Below, in pieces: positions 30,404 to 40,638 of a stretch of 64,000 nt of DNA. The notes under the pieces are model-generated. The model saw only the letters and a program-made list of their open reading frames with translations, made no database searches and had not been told where the DNA came from. Origin of the DNA: a virus (Duplodnaviria; Caudoviricetes); IMG/VR virus record IMGVR_UViG_3300020420_000671, one strand, 5' to 3'. Within the stretch, counting starts at the first letter, position 1. Each line of letters starts with the position of its first letter. Made by a program: the position numbers and the translations under genes.

Positions 30404-31168
30404 ATGAAGATAGTCTTAGTAACTGGAGGTTTCGATCCTCTACATTCGGGCCATATTGAATACTTTACTGAGGCAAAGAAGCTTGGAGATGTTTTGGTTG
30501 TAGGTATTAATTCAGATGAATGGTTGACACGTAAAAAAGGAAGACCATTTATGCCTTTCAAAGAAAGATTAAAAATTATTGATTCACTATCAATGGTGGA
30601 TGATGTATTGTCATTTGAAGATGCTGACGATACTGCCAATCAAGCTATTTTTAAATTAATGTGTACAACCGGTAGTGGACATGATATTGTATTTGCTAAT
30701 GGCGGTGATAGGAAAGAAGGATCTGTGCCTGAGGAAAACATATATGATGACAAAATAGAATTTGTTTATGGAGTAGGAGGTGAAAACAAGATCAATTCAA
30801 GTAGTTGGATACTAGATGAATGGAAAACGCAAAAAACTGAAAGAGATTGGGGTTATTGGAGAGTGTTGGATGATAAACCATCCAAAGGATATAAAGTAAA
30901 AGAACTTGTAATATACCCAGGAAAGTCTTTAAGCGATCAGAAACATTTTAAAAGATCTGAATTATGGACTGTGCTAGAAGGTACGGTAAATATGACAACT
31001 GAATGGCAAGAAAGAAGGTCTGATGTTAAATTACAGCCAGGCGGTTTACAATATGAAATAGGCAAAGAAGTATGGCATAAAGCAACAAACAGCGGAGATG
31101 TCAATGCCCATGTGCTTGAAGTTCAACGTGGTACATGCGTTGAAGAAGACATAGAAAGAAGGGACTAA
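30404..31168 (+). CDS. Cytidylyltransferase-like (RfaE-II/TagD-type) domain fused to a type II mannose-6-P isomerase-like cupin
   Basis: TGGFDPLHSGH (HxGH), VVGINSD, FANGGDR; then RDWGYWRVL, VKELVIYPGKSLSDQKHFKRSELW, VWHKATN, LEVQRG. Confidence 0.85.
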   Translation: MKIVLVTGGFDPLHSGHIEYFTEAKKLGDVLVVGINSDEWLTRKKGRPFMPFKERLKIIDSLSMVDDVLSFEDADDTANQAIFKLMCTTGSGHDIVFANGGDRKEGSVPEENIYDDKIEFVYGVGGENKINSSSWILDEWKTQKTERDWGYWRVLDDKPSKGYKVKELVIYPGKSLSDQKHFKRSELWTVLEGTVNMTTEWQERRSDVKLQPGGLQYEIGKEVWHKATNSGDVNAHVLEVQRGTCVEEDIERRD

Positions 31169-31854
31169 TGAAAGTATTTGTAGGTTACGATACAAGAGAA
31201 GACATAGCTTACCAAGTTTGTAAGCACAGCATTATTGCTAGGAATAAGGACATTGATGTACGTCCACTTAAACAACAAGAGCTAAGAGACACAGGGTGGT
31301 ATACACGCCCTATTGATAAACTAGCATCAACAGAATTTACTTTTACAAGATTTTTAATACCAGAGCTTACTAATTATGAAGGTTGGGCTGTGTTTATGGA
31401 CAGTGATATGATCCTTACAACTGATATCAAAGAATTGTTTGATCAGGCAGATGATCAATACGCAGTAATGTGTGTTCAGCACGATTACAAGGTAACAGAA
31501 AGCACAAAGATGGATGGACAAAAACAAACTATCTATCCAAGAAAGAATTGGTCAAGCATGGTTCTATGGAACTGTGGACATCCTAGTAACAAGACAGTCA
31601 CAAAAGATTTTGTAAACAATCCTGAAATTACAGGAGCCTACCTACACAGGTTTAGTTGGTTGAAAGATGAAGAAATTGGCAGTTTGGATCATACTTGGAA
31701 CTACTTGATGGGAGTGTATAACGATATAGAAAAACCAAAATTAATACACTACACGGAAGGTGGCCCTTGGTTTGAAAATTACAGATATTGTGATTATCAC
31801 CAGTTATGGAAAAATGAATTACACAATATGATGCATGGAGCAAAAGATGAGTGA
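31168..31854 (+). CDS. GT8-like glycosyltransferase
   Basis: VFVGYDTRE, ASTEFTFTRFLIP, FMDSDM, YPRKNWSSMVLWNC, WNYL, IHYTEGGPWF. Confidence 0.8.
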   Translation: MKVFVGYDTREDIAYQVCKHSIIARNKDIDVRPLKQQELRDTGWYTRPIDKLASTEFTFTRFLIPELTNYEGWAVFMDSDMILTTDIKELFDQADDQYAVMCVQHDYKVTESTKMDGQKQTIYPRKNWSSMVLWNCGHPSNKTVTKDFVNNPEITGAYLHRFSWLKDEEIGSLDHTWNYLMGVYNDIEKPKLIHYTEGGPWFENYRYCDYHQLWKNELHNMMHGAKDE

Positions 31855-32713
31855 TACTGTTCCTCCTAAAATGTTAATGATAGACGGGGAGGATGAAATA
31901 CTAAAACATTGGAGACAAGGAACCGATGCGTTAGTAATTGACCGAAAACAAATATCAAGTAAAATTAAAGACAGTCCTTGGCCTATAGACATTCCTGTTT
32001 CTTTTAGAAGCATGACTAAACGTAAAGAAATATGGAAATGTTGGGAAACTGGCAGGCCTTTTTATTATATAGATAACGGTTACATGGGTAACCTAGATAA
32101 GAAGAAACGTTGGTATAGAGTAGTAAAAAATAATATTCAGCATACAAAAGTTCCGTTGTTCATGGGTACAGAAACTAAATGGCCAATTGATAGATATCAA
32201 GAAATTTGTAGGATAGCACCATATATGCACTACATGGGGCAAAAATCTAACAAACAACAAAACGGTTCTATATTGTTAGTTACTCCATCTGAAAAACCTT
32301 GTGCGTTTTATAATATTACGAGAGACGATTGGGTTAGAGATACAATAGCAGAACTTAAAAAACACACCGATAGACCAATTGTAATTAGAGACAAAGGTTT
32401 GCGTCCAGACAGAATTAAAAATGGAAGTGTAGCTTCACAATGCCACAGAGAAAGAATACATAGTGTTGTTACATATCAAAGCATGGCGGCATTAGAAGCA
32501 ATCCATTACGGCATACCAGCTTTTACAATGGCTCCATGTTGTGTACAAAGCGTTGCCAATACGGATCTGTCAAAAATAGAAAACCCAGTTTATCCAGATC
32601 CAAATAAATTTTTAAACTTATTGGCTTATCTTTCCTATTGTCAATTTACGCTAGAAGAATTTTCGTCCGGTTTAGCTATTAGAATGATAGAGGAGTTTAA
32701 GCTGTATGACTGA
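31847..32713 (+). CDS. KpsS/KpsC-like glycosyltransferase paralog 2
   Basis: FYYIDNGYM, VVTYQSMAALEAIHYGIPAF, LSYCQFTLEE. Lacks the HP motif. Confidence 0.6.
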   Translation: MSDTVPPKMLMIDGEDEILKHWRQGTDALVIDRKQISSKIKDSPWPIDIPVSFRSMTKRKEIWKCWETGRPFYYIDNGYMGNLDKKKRWYRVVKNNIQHTKVPLFMGTETKWPIDRYQEICRIAPYMHYMGQKSNKQQNGSILLVTPSEKPCAFYNITRDDWVRDTIAELKKHTDRPIVIRDKGLRPDRIKNGSVASQCHRERIHSVVTYQSMAALEAIHYGIPAFTMAPCCVQSVANTDLSKIENPVYPDPNKFLNLLAYLSYCQFTLEEFSSGLAIRMIEEFKLYD

Positions 32714-33647
32714 TATAATGAGAGTTTGTGCTTACTTGAAAGCTATTCCTCCAGGAAATAAAAATCCAGAAAAACCAAAACTGCTTGAATATTTTGTAGA
32801 AGGAGTAAACAAGTCAGGTGACAAGTCAATGTTAATAAATTCATATCAACATGAACCAGCGGATGTTGCTGTATTACAAGGTTATGTACATCCAGGAAGC
32901 AAACATGTTCCTCATCTAAACTTAAGACGTGATGTGCTAGACAAACAAAAATCCATAGGTGGTAGAACAATCATAGCTGATGCTAATTTATTCTTAGCTT
33001 ACGATCCTGGAAACAAAAACACTTACTTGAGATATAGTTATGATGGTATATTTCCAAATACAGGAGAATACTGTGACTCTAAAGTTGACCCACAACGTTG
33101 GGCTAGAATGAGAGACATATTAGGCTTATCTCTTAAACCTTGGAAGAAACACGGAGATTATATTTTAATCACATGTCAGAGAGACGGTGGCTGGAGCATG
33201 AATGGCCAATCAGTCATAGAATGGTTACACTTATTATTAATGAAACTTAAAAATTTAACTGATAGAGTAATAATGGTGAGGTTTCATCCAGGAGACAAAA
33301 AGATTTCAAAACACATGATGCAACTACAAGCTATAGGACACAAGGTACGTTTTAGTTCTCCTAGTGTAAGTTTGCTTAAAGAACTAAATGATGCTTACTG
33401 TGTTATAAGTCATAACAGTAGTCCTGGAGTTGTATCTGCTATAGAAGGTGTTCCTATATTTTTATTGGATCCTGAAAGAAGCCAAGCGAAAGAAGTAGCA
33501 AATGTTAATCTATCAAGCATAGAAAATCCTAATTATGATTTTGATAGAGAATCATGGCTTAGAAGAGTAGCAATGAGTCATTGGAGACTAGATGAAATTA
33601 GATCAGGTGAATGTTGGAGGCATATGAAGCAATGGGCGAAACAGTAG
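32706..33647 (+). CDS. KpsS/KpsC-like glycosyltransferase paralog 3
   Basis: ILITCQRDG, IMVRFHPGD (HP motif), VISHNSSPGVVSAIEGVPIF, SHWRLDEI. Confidence 0.65.
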   Translation: MTDIMRVCAYLKAIPPGNKNPEKPKLLEYFVEGVNKSGDKSMLINSYQHEPADVAVLQGYVHPGSKHVPHLNLRRDVLDKQKSIGGRTIIADANLFLAYDPGNKNTYLRYSYDGIFPNTGEYCDSKVDPQRWARMRDILGLSLKPWKKHGDYILITCQRDGGWSMNGQSVIEWLHLLLMKLKNLTDRVIMVRFHPGDKKISKHMMQLQAIGHKVRFSSPSVSLLKELNDAYCVISHNSSPGVVSAIEGVPIFLLDPERSQAKEVANVNLSSIENPNYDFDRESWLRRVAMSHWRLDEIRSGECWRHMKQWAKQ

Positions 33648-34489
33648 ATATCAAAGTAGTAACAACATTTCATAAAGAAGGTTACGAGTTATATGGTAAA
33701 AGATTTTTAGAATCGTTTGCTAAAAATGTTGACAAAAGGATAAAGATGTTTTGTTTTACAGAAAATTGTAATCCTGAAAATCCTGATCCTAATCAAATTA
33801 CTATTGAAAGCCAAGAGTTTGTGCTTCCTAAACTAATGTCATTCAAAAGAAGGTGGAGGAACGAGCCAAAGGCAAACGGCATACCACCTGATGATATAAA
33901 AGCAAGACGTCCAAGAGATCATCACAAAAAGTTCAAGTGGGACGCAATTAGATTTGCCAATAAAGTGTATTCAGTATTTGCGGCTTGTGAAAGAAGCACT
34001 GATTGGTGTGTATGGATGGACGCAGATAGTTACATACATACTCCGTGGAGTTATGAACAGTTTAAATCATTACTGCCAGATGATAAATGGATCACATACG
34101 TAGGAAGAGGTAAGGGATCACAAACCTGGCCTGAGTGTGGATTCTATGGATTGAATCTTAAGGATGTTATATGTCAGGACTTCTTAAAAGAATTTGAAAG
34201 AGTGTATGAAGAAGCAGAAGATGGAATTTTCAAATTAGAAGAATGGCATGATAGTTTTGTGTTTGGAAATATTTTAAATTCAATGAAGGATTACTATCCT
34301 GAAGTTTTAGACTACAGTAAAGACATTTACGTCAACACAGCAAAGACAGGAGGTGGAGGTCATCCACTTATTAATTCAGTGCTTGGCAATTGGATCGATC
34401 ACATGAAAGGTGATAGAAAGAATGTTGGACATAGTTTACAAAAAGACTTAATGAAATCCAGGGATGAAAAATATTGGAATGAAATTTAG
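33632..34489 (+). CDS. Putative GT-A glycosyltransferase
   Basis: VWMDADS (DxD), ECGFYGLN, EWHDSFVF, DHMKG. GGAGG lies upstream of ATG 33632. Confidence 0.6.
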   Translation: MGETVDIKVVTTFHKEGYELYGKRFLESFAKNVDKRIKMFCFTENCNPENPDPNQITIESQEFVLPKLMSFKRRWRNEPKANGIPPDDIKARRPRDHHKKFKWDAIRFANKVYSVFAACERSTDWCVWMDADSYIHTPWSYEQFKSLLPDDKWITYVGRGKGSQTWPECGFYGLNLKDVICQDFLKEFERVYEEAEDGIFKLEEWHDSFVFGNILNSMKDYYPEVLDYSKDIYVNTAKTGGGGHPLINSVLGNWIDHMKGDRKNVGHSLQKDLMKSRDEKYWNEI

Positions 34490-35330
34490 TTTATGGACAG
34501 ATAACGGTGCACTTAATTCTAAACCTATTTTTACTGCCTTTGCTACTAGCCTTCACAATAACGGCCACTCTGTTCTGTATAATGATATGGCTGGGGATAT
34601 CCATGTTATTTGGAGTGTATTATGGTATGGTCGTATGGCTCCAAACAAAACTGTATGGGACGAAGCACAACGACAAGGAAAGCCAGTAATAGTATTAGAA
34701 GTAGGTGGTATCAAAAGAGGTACTACTTGGAAAGTTGGACTCAATGGTATTAATAGAGAAGCAAACTTTGGTCCAATGGGCAATGATGACTCTCGCGTTC
34801 GTAAGTTAGGACTTACGTTAAAACCTTGGAAATTTAATAATGAGTATGGTGATATAATCATAGCATGTCAACACGCACACAGCCATCAATGGAGAAATCA
34901 AAAATCCGTACAAACATGGGTGTTTGATTCTATTGACTTACTTCGACAACATACCAATAGAAAAATTATAGTAAGACCACATCCAAGAAGTCCTATTCCT
35001 GGCATTCAAAACGAATTTAAAAATGTTATATTACAAGTTCCCTCTCAGATTCCACAAACGTATGATGACTTTGACTTTGATCCTAGTAACGCTTATGCGG
35101 TAGTAAACTGGTCAAGTAATCCTGCTACGCAGGCCGTGATTCAAGGAATACCTGTTTTTGTAGGTCCAGATAGTTTAGCATTTGATGTAGGTTGTACAAA
35201 TCTTGCTAGTATCAATGGTCCTGTAATGCCAGACAGAACACAATGGTTGAATGATATTGCTTATACTGAATGGACTTTGGAAGAAATTGAGCAAGGAATT
35301 CCTTTAAAACGCTTGACATCTAGCTTATAA
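34479..35330 (+). CDS. KpsS/KpsC-like glycosyltransferase paralog 4
   Basis: IVLEVGGI, IIIACQH, IIVRPHP (HP motif), VVNWSSNPATQAVIQGIPVF, AYTEWTLEEI. Confidence 0.65.
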   Translation: MKFSLWTDNGALNSKPIFTAFATSLHNNGHSVLYNDMAGDIHVIWSVLWYGRMAPNKTVWDEAQRQGKPVIVLEVGGIKRGTTWKVGLNGINREANFGPMGNDDSRVRKLGLTLKPWKFNNEYGDIIIACQHAHSHQWRNQKSVQTWVFDSIDLLRQHTNRKIIVRPHPRSPIPGIQNEFKNVILQVPSQIPQTYDDFDFDPSNAYAVVNWSSNPATQAVIQGIPVFVGPDSLAFDVGCTNLASINGPVMPDRTQWLNDIAYTEWTLEEIEQGIPLKRLTSSL

Positions 35331-35341
35331 TCAAGTATAAT
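35313..35341 (+). promoter_or_regulatory. Sigma70-type promoter (perfect consensus)
   Basis: TTGACA, 17 bp, TATAAT. The ATG follows 6 nt later. Confidence 0.85.
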
Positions 35342-35347
35342 ACAGAC

Positions 35348-36589
35348 ATGAAACAAGAAAATTGTGAAGGTCTATTATCTCTTCTAACAGGTATCACTAT
35401 ACCAAGGCCTGTCATGCTGAAGGTATTGGACAACGGATATACGTTATTAGATGCGGATGCTAAAATACTTAAAAGCATAGCAAAGCAACTTTCAAAAGGA
35501 ATTCCTTTAACTAACAGACAGCATAGTTTAGTATTAGATAAACTAGAAAACTATAGAGATCAATTTATTAAAAAAGGAATTGACATTGATTTATATAAAG
35601 ATAAATTGATGTATCCATATAGGCAAATAGACAGATCACATACTTTAAAATTAGATAATGATAAATTAAAAATTAGATTTCCATTTAATAAAAAAATTAT
35701 TGATAGGATAGAAGAAGTAAGACGTGTAGATAATCGTAGTCATGAATATAGTGAAAATACACATACTTTTAAATATACACCACAAACTTTAATGAAGTTA
35801 GTTGAGATAGCAAAAAAGTTTGATCACAAATTTGAGATAGATGAAAATGTTGAAGACATATATCAACAATGTTTAAAGTTTGAGGCAACTAAAGAGGAAT
35901 ATGTACCTGGTGTATACAATTACAAAGTAAAAAATGTACCTGCCATAGTGAAAGACATGTTATTAGATGAAATAGGAGAGTGTAACAGAGATACTCTTCC
36001 GCTGTATTATGACCGTAGAGAACTTTTTGGATTGAAACATTTTGATATGGCAAAAATATCACAAAGCTATGCTAGATTATCTGTATTGACAAATAAAATA
36101 ATACAACGTAAAGATCCAACTATAGTATTACAAACAAAAACGCATACAATCGATCAGTTGGTACAATCACTTATGGAACTGAATAGGTTACCTATATTAA
36201 TTGTGTTAGATGATAAAAAAGCATTAGATCAATTGACTGTTTGTCATAATCATTTTAAAAACGTTATACATAGTTCTGAAATATCAGTTTGTTTTAGAAA
36301 ACCAAATAATGAAGATAGAGATCCTTTCAACGAAATGGTAAGTGAAAAAGGCATCAATAATCCGGTTGACAAAAATTCAAAAATAGTGTATATTAATAAT
36401 AGTAAACTGCCTAAGCCGTTGTTACAGAAAGATTTTTCTCCTAGAGCTATTGTTAGTTTAGGAGGCCACATAATTGGCTTTAACAATGTAACAAACTTTA
36501 TACAACAGTTTGATCTTCAAATAGTATATGAAGATAACAGCTCATCAGTTTACTGGAACAAAAGATTAAGGAAGATAGTAAATGCCTAG
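35348..36589 (+). CDS. Hypothetical protein upstream of the UvsW helicase
   Basis: 413-aa ORF with its own promoter, overlapping the uvsW start. Confidence 0.65.
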   Translation: MKQENCEGLLSLLTGITIPRPVMLKVLDNGYTLLDADAKILKSIAKQLSKGIPLTNRQHSLVLDKLENYRDQFIKKGIDIDLYKDKLMYPYRQIDRSHTLKLDNDKLKIRFPFNKKIIDRIEEVRRVDNRSHEYSENTHTFKYTPQTLMKLVEIAKKFDHKFEIDENVEDIYQQCLKFEATKEEYVPGVYNYKVKNVPAIVKDMLLDEIGECNRDTLPLYYDRRELFGLKHFDMAKISQSYARLSVLTNKIIQRKDPTIVLQTKTHTIDQLVQSLMELNRLPILIVLDDKKALDQLTVCHNHFKNVIHSSEISVCFRKPNNEDRDPFNEMVSEKGINNPVDKNSKIVYINNSKLPKPLLQKDFSPRAIVSLGGHIIGFNNVTNFIQQFDLQIVYEDNSSSVYWNKRLRKIVNA

Positions 36590-38039
36590 TTGTAGGTTAA
36601 TTATACAAGATGAAGTTAACATCAAAATAGATGGACTGCCTGTTGATGTAAGAAGAAAGATATCAAACGCACTAAAGTTTGAAGTGCCATATGCTAGATA
36701 TATGCCACAATATAAACTAGGACGTTGGGACGGAAAAGTTGGCTTCTTTGGTCTTGGTGGTTCTGGTTACGTTAATCATCTTGATACAATCAATAGTGTT
36801 CTCCATAAATGTGGAGTACAAATAGATGAGATAGAAGATCAAAGACAAAAAATAAAATTAGATTTTCAAGCTATAAATGAAAACTTTTGGGCACATAAAA
36901 CTTGGCCGAAAGGACATCCTGCTGAAGGAGAAAAAATTATATTAAGAGATTATCAATTAGAAGTTGTTAATAACTTCTTAGCAAATCCGCAGTCGTTACA
37001 AGAAGTTGCCACAGGAGCAGGGAAAACAATTATTACTGCTACGTTAAGTAAACTCACAGAAGATTATGGACGCAGTCTTGTGATTGTTCCTAATAAATCC
37101 TTAGTAACACAAACAGAAGAAGATTATGTAAACTGTGGATTAGATGTTGGTGTATACTTTGGGGATAGAAAAGAGCTTGGTAAAACACACACAATCTGTA
37201 CTTGGCAAAGTCTAAACATATTAGATAAGAAAACTAAAGATGGTGAAGCAGTATTAACATTAGCAGAGTTTTTGGAAGGTGTATCAACAGTTATAGTAGA
37301 TGAAGTACATCAAGCAAAGGCAGAAGTTTTAAAAAACTTATTGACACGCAACTTAAGAAATGCTCCAATACGTTGGGGACTTACTGGTACAATACCAAAA
37401 GAGAAATTTGAGTTTGAAGCTATACACGCAGGCCTTGGTCCCGTCATAGGACAGATAAGTGCTAAAGAATTACAAGACAAAGGTGTGCTGAGTGAATGTC
37501 ACGTGAACATTGTACAATTGATTGACACTCCGGTACATTCTAACTATCAAGAAGAATTAAAATATCTTGTGACAAATGATCCAAGAATAGATTACTTAGG
37601 CAAATTACTTAATAAAATCAAAGCATCAGGCAATACATTAATACTTGTTGACAGAATATCAGCAGGAGAAAAATTACAAAAATCCATACCCGGTTCACAG
37701 TTTGTGAAAGGCGATGTAAAATTAAAAGACAGAAAGGAAGCATATGATGAAATCAATGAAGGTACTAATCATGTTGTTATTGCGACATATGGTGTGGCCG
37801 CCGTTGGTATTAACATTCCTCGTATTTTTAATCTTGTTCTCATTGAACCTGGAAAGAGCTTTGTGAGAGTAATACAATCAATAGGCAGAGGCGTAAGAAA
37901 GGCGAAAGATAAAGACTTCGTACAGATATGGGATCTTACATCAACTTGTAAGTTCGCGAAGCGGCACCTTACTCAAAGAAAAAAGTTTTATAAGGAGGCG
38001 CAGTACCCATTTACAATAGAAAAAGTAGAATGGAACTAG
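36582..38039 (+). CDS. uvsW: SF2 helicase UvsW-like
   Basis: LRDYQ, ATGAGKT, VDEVH, GLTGT, GINIP, QSIGRGVR. Confidence 0.92.
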   Translation: MPSCRLIIQDEVNIKIDGLPVDVRRKISNALKFEVPYARYMPQYKLGRWDGKVGFFGLGGSGYVNHLDTINSVLHKCGVQIDEIEDQRQKIKLDFQAINENFWAHKTWPKGHPAEGEKIILRDYQLEVVNNFLANPQSLQEVATGAGKTIITATLSKLTEDYGRSLVIVPNKSLVTQTEEDYVNCGLDVGVYFGDRKELGKTHTICTWQSLNILDKKTKDGEAVLTLAEFLEGVSTVIVDEVHQAKAEVLKNLLTRNLRNAPIRWGLTGTIPKEKFEFEAIHAGLGPVIGQISAKELQDKGVLSECHVNIVQLIDTPVHSNYQEELKYLVTNDPRIDYLGKLLNKIKASGNTLILVDRISAGEKLQKSIPGSQFVKGDVKLKDRKEAYDEINEGTNHVVIATYGVAAVGINIPRIFNLVLIEPGKSFVRVIQSIGRGVRKAKDKDFVQIWDLTSTCKFAKRHLTQRKKFYKEAQYPFTIEKVEWN

Positions 38040-38040
38040 A

Positions 38041-38547
38041 ATGAAAATACTTACGTTAGAAAATAAACCTCTAGATCTAAACACGCTACCGGATCAAATA
38101 GAAGAGGATATAAGATTTAGTATATTAGATAATTCAGATTCAAACAATCCTGATTTCTTTTATGTGCCTTTAATCTTTTTGGAATCTTTTAGTTCACCTA
38201 GTTGTGTTTTAGATATAGGAGGTTTTGAAGTCCAAATGCCTATAGATTGGCATATAGCAGTTGGATGTCCGGATAGCGGAAATGATATAGAAATATTGCC
38301 ATTGACCAGCATAGGAGATAGAGGATTTGAAGCGTTCATTTTCAATCCACTGACCAGCTTCAAACCAGACTTTACTCCTGTAAAGGTAATTAATTATTAT
38401 AATGATGTTAAATGGTACTTTCCAAAAGTAAGAAACGCACAACTTTTAAGTATACCAGTTGAAGAAAAAAATGAACCAATGTGTGCTTTCTTTATTAAGG
38501 ACATTACTAGACAAACAGAAGTTATCAAATACGGAGAATTGTTTTAA
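38041..38547 (+). CDS. Hypothetical protein
   Basis: Full ORF packed between uvsW and the cupin gene. Confidence 0.6.
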   Translation: MKILTLENKPLDLNTLPDQIEEDIRFSILDNSDSNNPDFFYVPLIFLESFSSPSCVLDIGGFEVQMPIDWHIAVGCPDSGNDIEILPLTSIGDRGFEAFIFNPLTSFKPDFTPVKVINYYNDVKWYFPKVRNAQLLSIPVEEKNEPMCAFFIKDITRQTEVIKYGELF

Positions 38548-38903
38548 TGAAAGCAGGAAAAATTTGGGGACAGACAGAGCTGATACACGCTAATGGTGTT
38601 TTAGAATTCCATAGAATAGAATTTAAGAAAGGTTTCAAGTGTTCTGAGCACGAACACAAATTCAAATGGAACGGTTTCTTTGTTGAGTCTGGCAAGATGA
38701 TTGTCAGAGTTTGGCAAGATGATCAAGAAGGTTTGGTTGATGAAACTATTTTAAACGCAGGAGATTTTACACAAGTCAAACCCGGAAAGATACATCAGTT
38801 TGAAGGCATTGAAGATGGTGTAGCTTTTGAACTATACTGGGCCGAATTCAATCATGATGATATCGTAAGACGCACAGTTGGAACCAAGGTCAAAAATGGA
38901 TGA
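38547..38903 (+). CDS. Cupin-domain protein
   Basis: CSEHEHKFKWNGFFVESG and VKPGKIHQFEG (cupin motifs 1 and 2). Confidence 0.8.
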   Translation: MKAGKIWGQTELIHANGVLEFHRIEFKKGFKCSEHEHKFKWNGFFVESGKMIVRVWQDDQEGLVDETILNAGDFTQVKPGKIHQFEGIEDGVAFELYWAEFNHDDIVRRTVGTKVKNG

Positions 38904-39160
38904 CCAAACTTATACCAGGACAAGCTCTAATATACGAAAGAGCCAATGGTGTAACGTATGCTCGATATAGAGATCCTCCTCACAACATGATTGAACGATG
39001 GATCGTCGGCGGCGAACCTAAAGCAGTAGCAGAAGCAATGGGTATCATTGATTATGATGAATGGAAAGATATAATGATGACATCTGAAAAAAATGCTACC
39101 CTTAGAAAACTTATTGACAAAGTAAGAACCACATACTACATTTTAAAAGAACCAAAATAA
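38900..39160 (+). CDS. Hypothetical protein
   Basis: ATGA-coupled ORF. Confidence 0.6.
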   Translation: MTKLIPGQALIYERANGVTYARYRDPPHNMIERWIVGGEPKAVAEAMGIIDYDEWKDIMMTSEKNATLRKLIDKVRTTYYILKEPK

Positions 39161-39175
39161 AACAGAAGGAAGAGT

Positions 39176-40462
39176 ATGGCTGATAAAGATTACAAACCAG
39201 TTAAGACAAATAAAGTAGGCGGATCTCCATTTACAGGAGTGCTAGGTTGGGTAGACGATCGACTGCCAATATTTCGTATGTTCAAATATGAATATTTAGA
39301 TTTCCAAGTGCCTAGAAGTTTAAATTACTTTTGGAGTTTTGGAGGCATCCTAATGTTCTGTTTACTAGGACTTATAATCACAGGACTTACATTAGGAATG
39401 CATTACAAGCCTGATGCTGAAAAAGCCTTTTTAAGTGTAGAACATATAATGAGAGATGTAAATTTTGGATGGTTACTGAGATATCTACATATGAATCTTG
39501 CTTCATTCTTTTTCATCGCAGTTTATCTACACATATTTAGAGCAATGTATTTTGGTTCATATAAAGATCCACGGCAAGTGATGTGGCTTATAGGGATCAC
39601 CATATTCTTCTTAATGATGGCCACTGCTTTCTTAGGATATACATTACCTTGGGGGCAAATGAGCTTATGGGGAGCAACAGTAATCACAAGTTTATTCGGA
39701 GCAATACCTCTTGTAGGAGAAACTATTGTCACTTGGTTATGGGGAGGATATGCGGTTGACGATCCAACTATTAATCGATTCTACGTATTACATTGGTTAA
39801 TTGCTTTTATAATTTTAGGTGTTGTAGTATTACATGTTATAGCATTACACATTGTTGGATCTAATAATCCATCAGGTATAGAGCCAAAAGATACTAGAGA
39901 CACAGTATCATTCCATCCATACACAACTGCTAAAGATATGTTTGGCATGGCAGTATTTTTTACAATCTTTGCTATGTTTGTTTTCTTTGTTCCTAACATA
40001 CTAGGACATCCAGACAATTATATTCCTGCCAATCCAATGCAGACACCTGCTCATATTGTTCCTGAATGGTACTTCTTACCTTTCTATGCTATATTAAGAG
40101 CTATCCCTGACAAACTAGGCGGCGTGATTGCTATGGTTAGTGCTATTGGAATACTTGCTTTGTTGCCTTGGTTAGATAGAAGTAAAGTAAGAAGTTGTAT
40201 ATTTAGACCTTTACATCGACAATGGTTTATCTTATTTGTTTTAAATTTTATGATGTTAACTTGGGTTGGTGCTATGCCAGCCGAAGGATATTACATAACT
40301 CTTGGAAGAATCGGAACAGCATATTGGTTCCTATATTTCCTTGTAATAGTGCCGTTGAATAGTGTCCTTGAAAAACCTAAACCTATGCCTAATTCGATCC
40401 ATGAATATTTAGATTGGAAAAAACAAGGCAAAATTAAATCAGTATTTTCATGGATGAAATAA
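39176..40462 (+). CDS. petB: Cytochrome b of the bc1 complex (full length)
   Basis: All four heme His are present (LHMN...LHIF; LHWL...LHVI), with [14 protein letters not shown], the Qo motif [15 protein letters not shown], and DKLGGV. Confidence 0.97.
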   Translation: MADKDYKPVKTNKVGGSPFTGVLGWVDDRLPIFRMFKYEYLDFQVPRSLNYFWSFGGILMFCLLGLIITGLTLGMHYKPDAEKAFLSVEHIMRDVNFGWLLRYLHMNLASFFFIAVYLHIFRAMYFGSYKDPRQVMWLIGITIFFLMMATAFLGYTLPWGQMSLWGATVITSLFGAIPLVGETIVTWLWGGYAVDDPTINRFYVLHWLIAFIILGVVVLHVIALHIVGSNNPSGIEPKDTRDTVSFHPYTTAKDMFGMAVFFTIFAMFVFFVPNILGHPDNYIPANPMQTPAHIVPEWYFLPFYAILRAIPDKLGGVIAMVSAIGILALLPWLDRSKVRSCIFRPLHRQWFILFVLNFMMLTWVGAMPAEGYYITLGRIGTAYWFLYFLVIVPLNSVLEKPKPMPNSIHEYLDWKKQGKIKSVFSWMK

Positions 40463-40638
40463 TGGAGGAAGATTATCCTGACACAATAATATATGTAGAT
40501 TCAGAAAGAGTTTGGTGTATGGGAGAAGACATGGATCACCCTAAAGTTTATTATACTGTACCTGAAGAAGGTTTTGTAGTTTGTGGCTATTGTGATATAA
40601 AATTTATGCGAAAGAAAAAGGAAGATGATAATGAATAA
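40462..40638 (+). CDS. zf-CHCC zinc-finger protein (NDUFS6-like)
   Basis: VWCMGEDMDHPKVYY...VVCGYCDIKF (C-H-C-C). TAATG-coupled to petB. Confidence 0.8.
   Translation: MEEDYPDTIIYVDSERVWCMGEDMDHPKVYYTVPEEGFVVCGYCDIKFMRKKKEDDNE

Noticed and set aside
22783-35330. Glycosyltransferase cluster as a DNA hypermodification system
   Set aside because: No hydroxymethylase, thymidylate-synthase-like or base-modifying genes are in the window, and the families are LPS/capsule types. Disfavoured rather than excluded.
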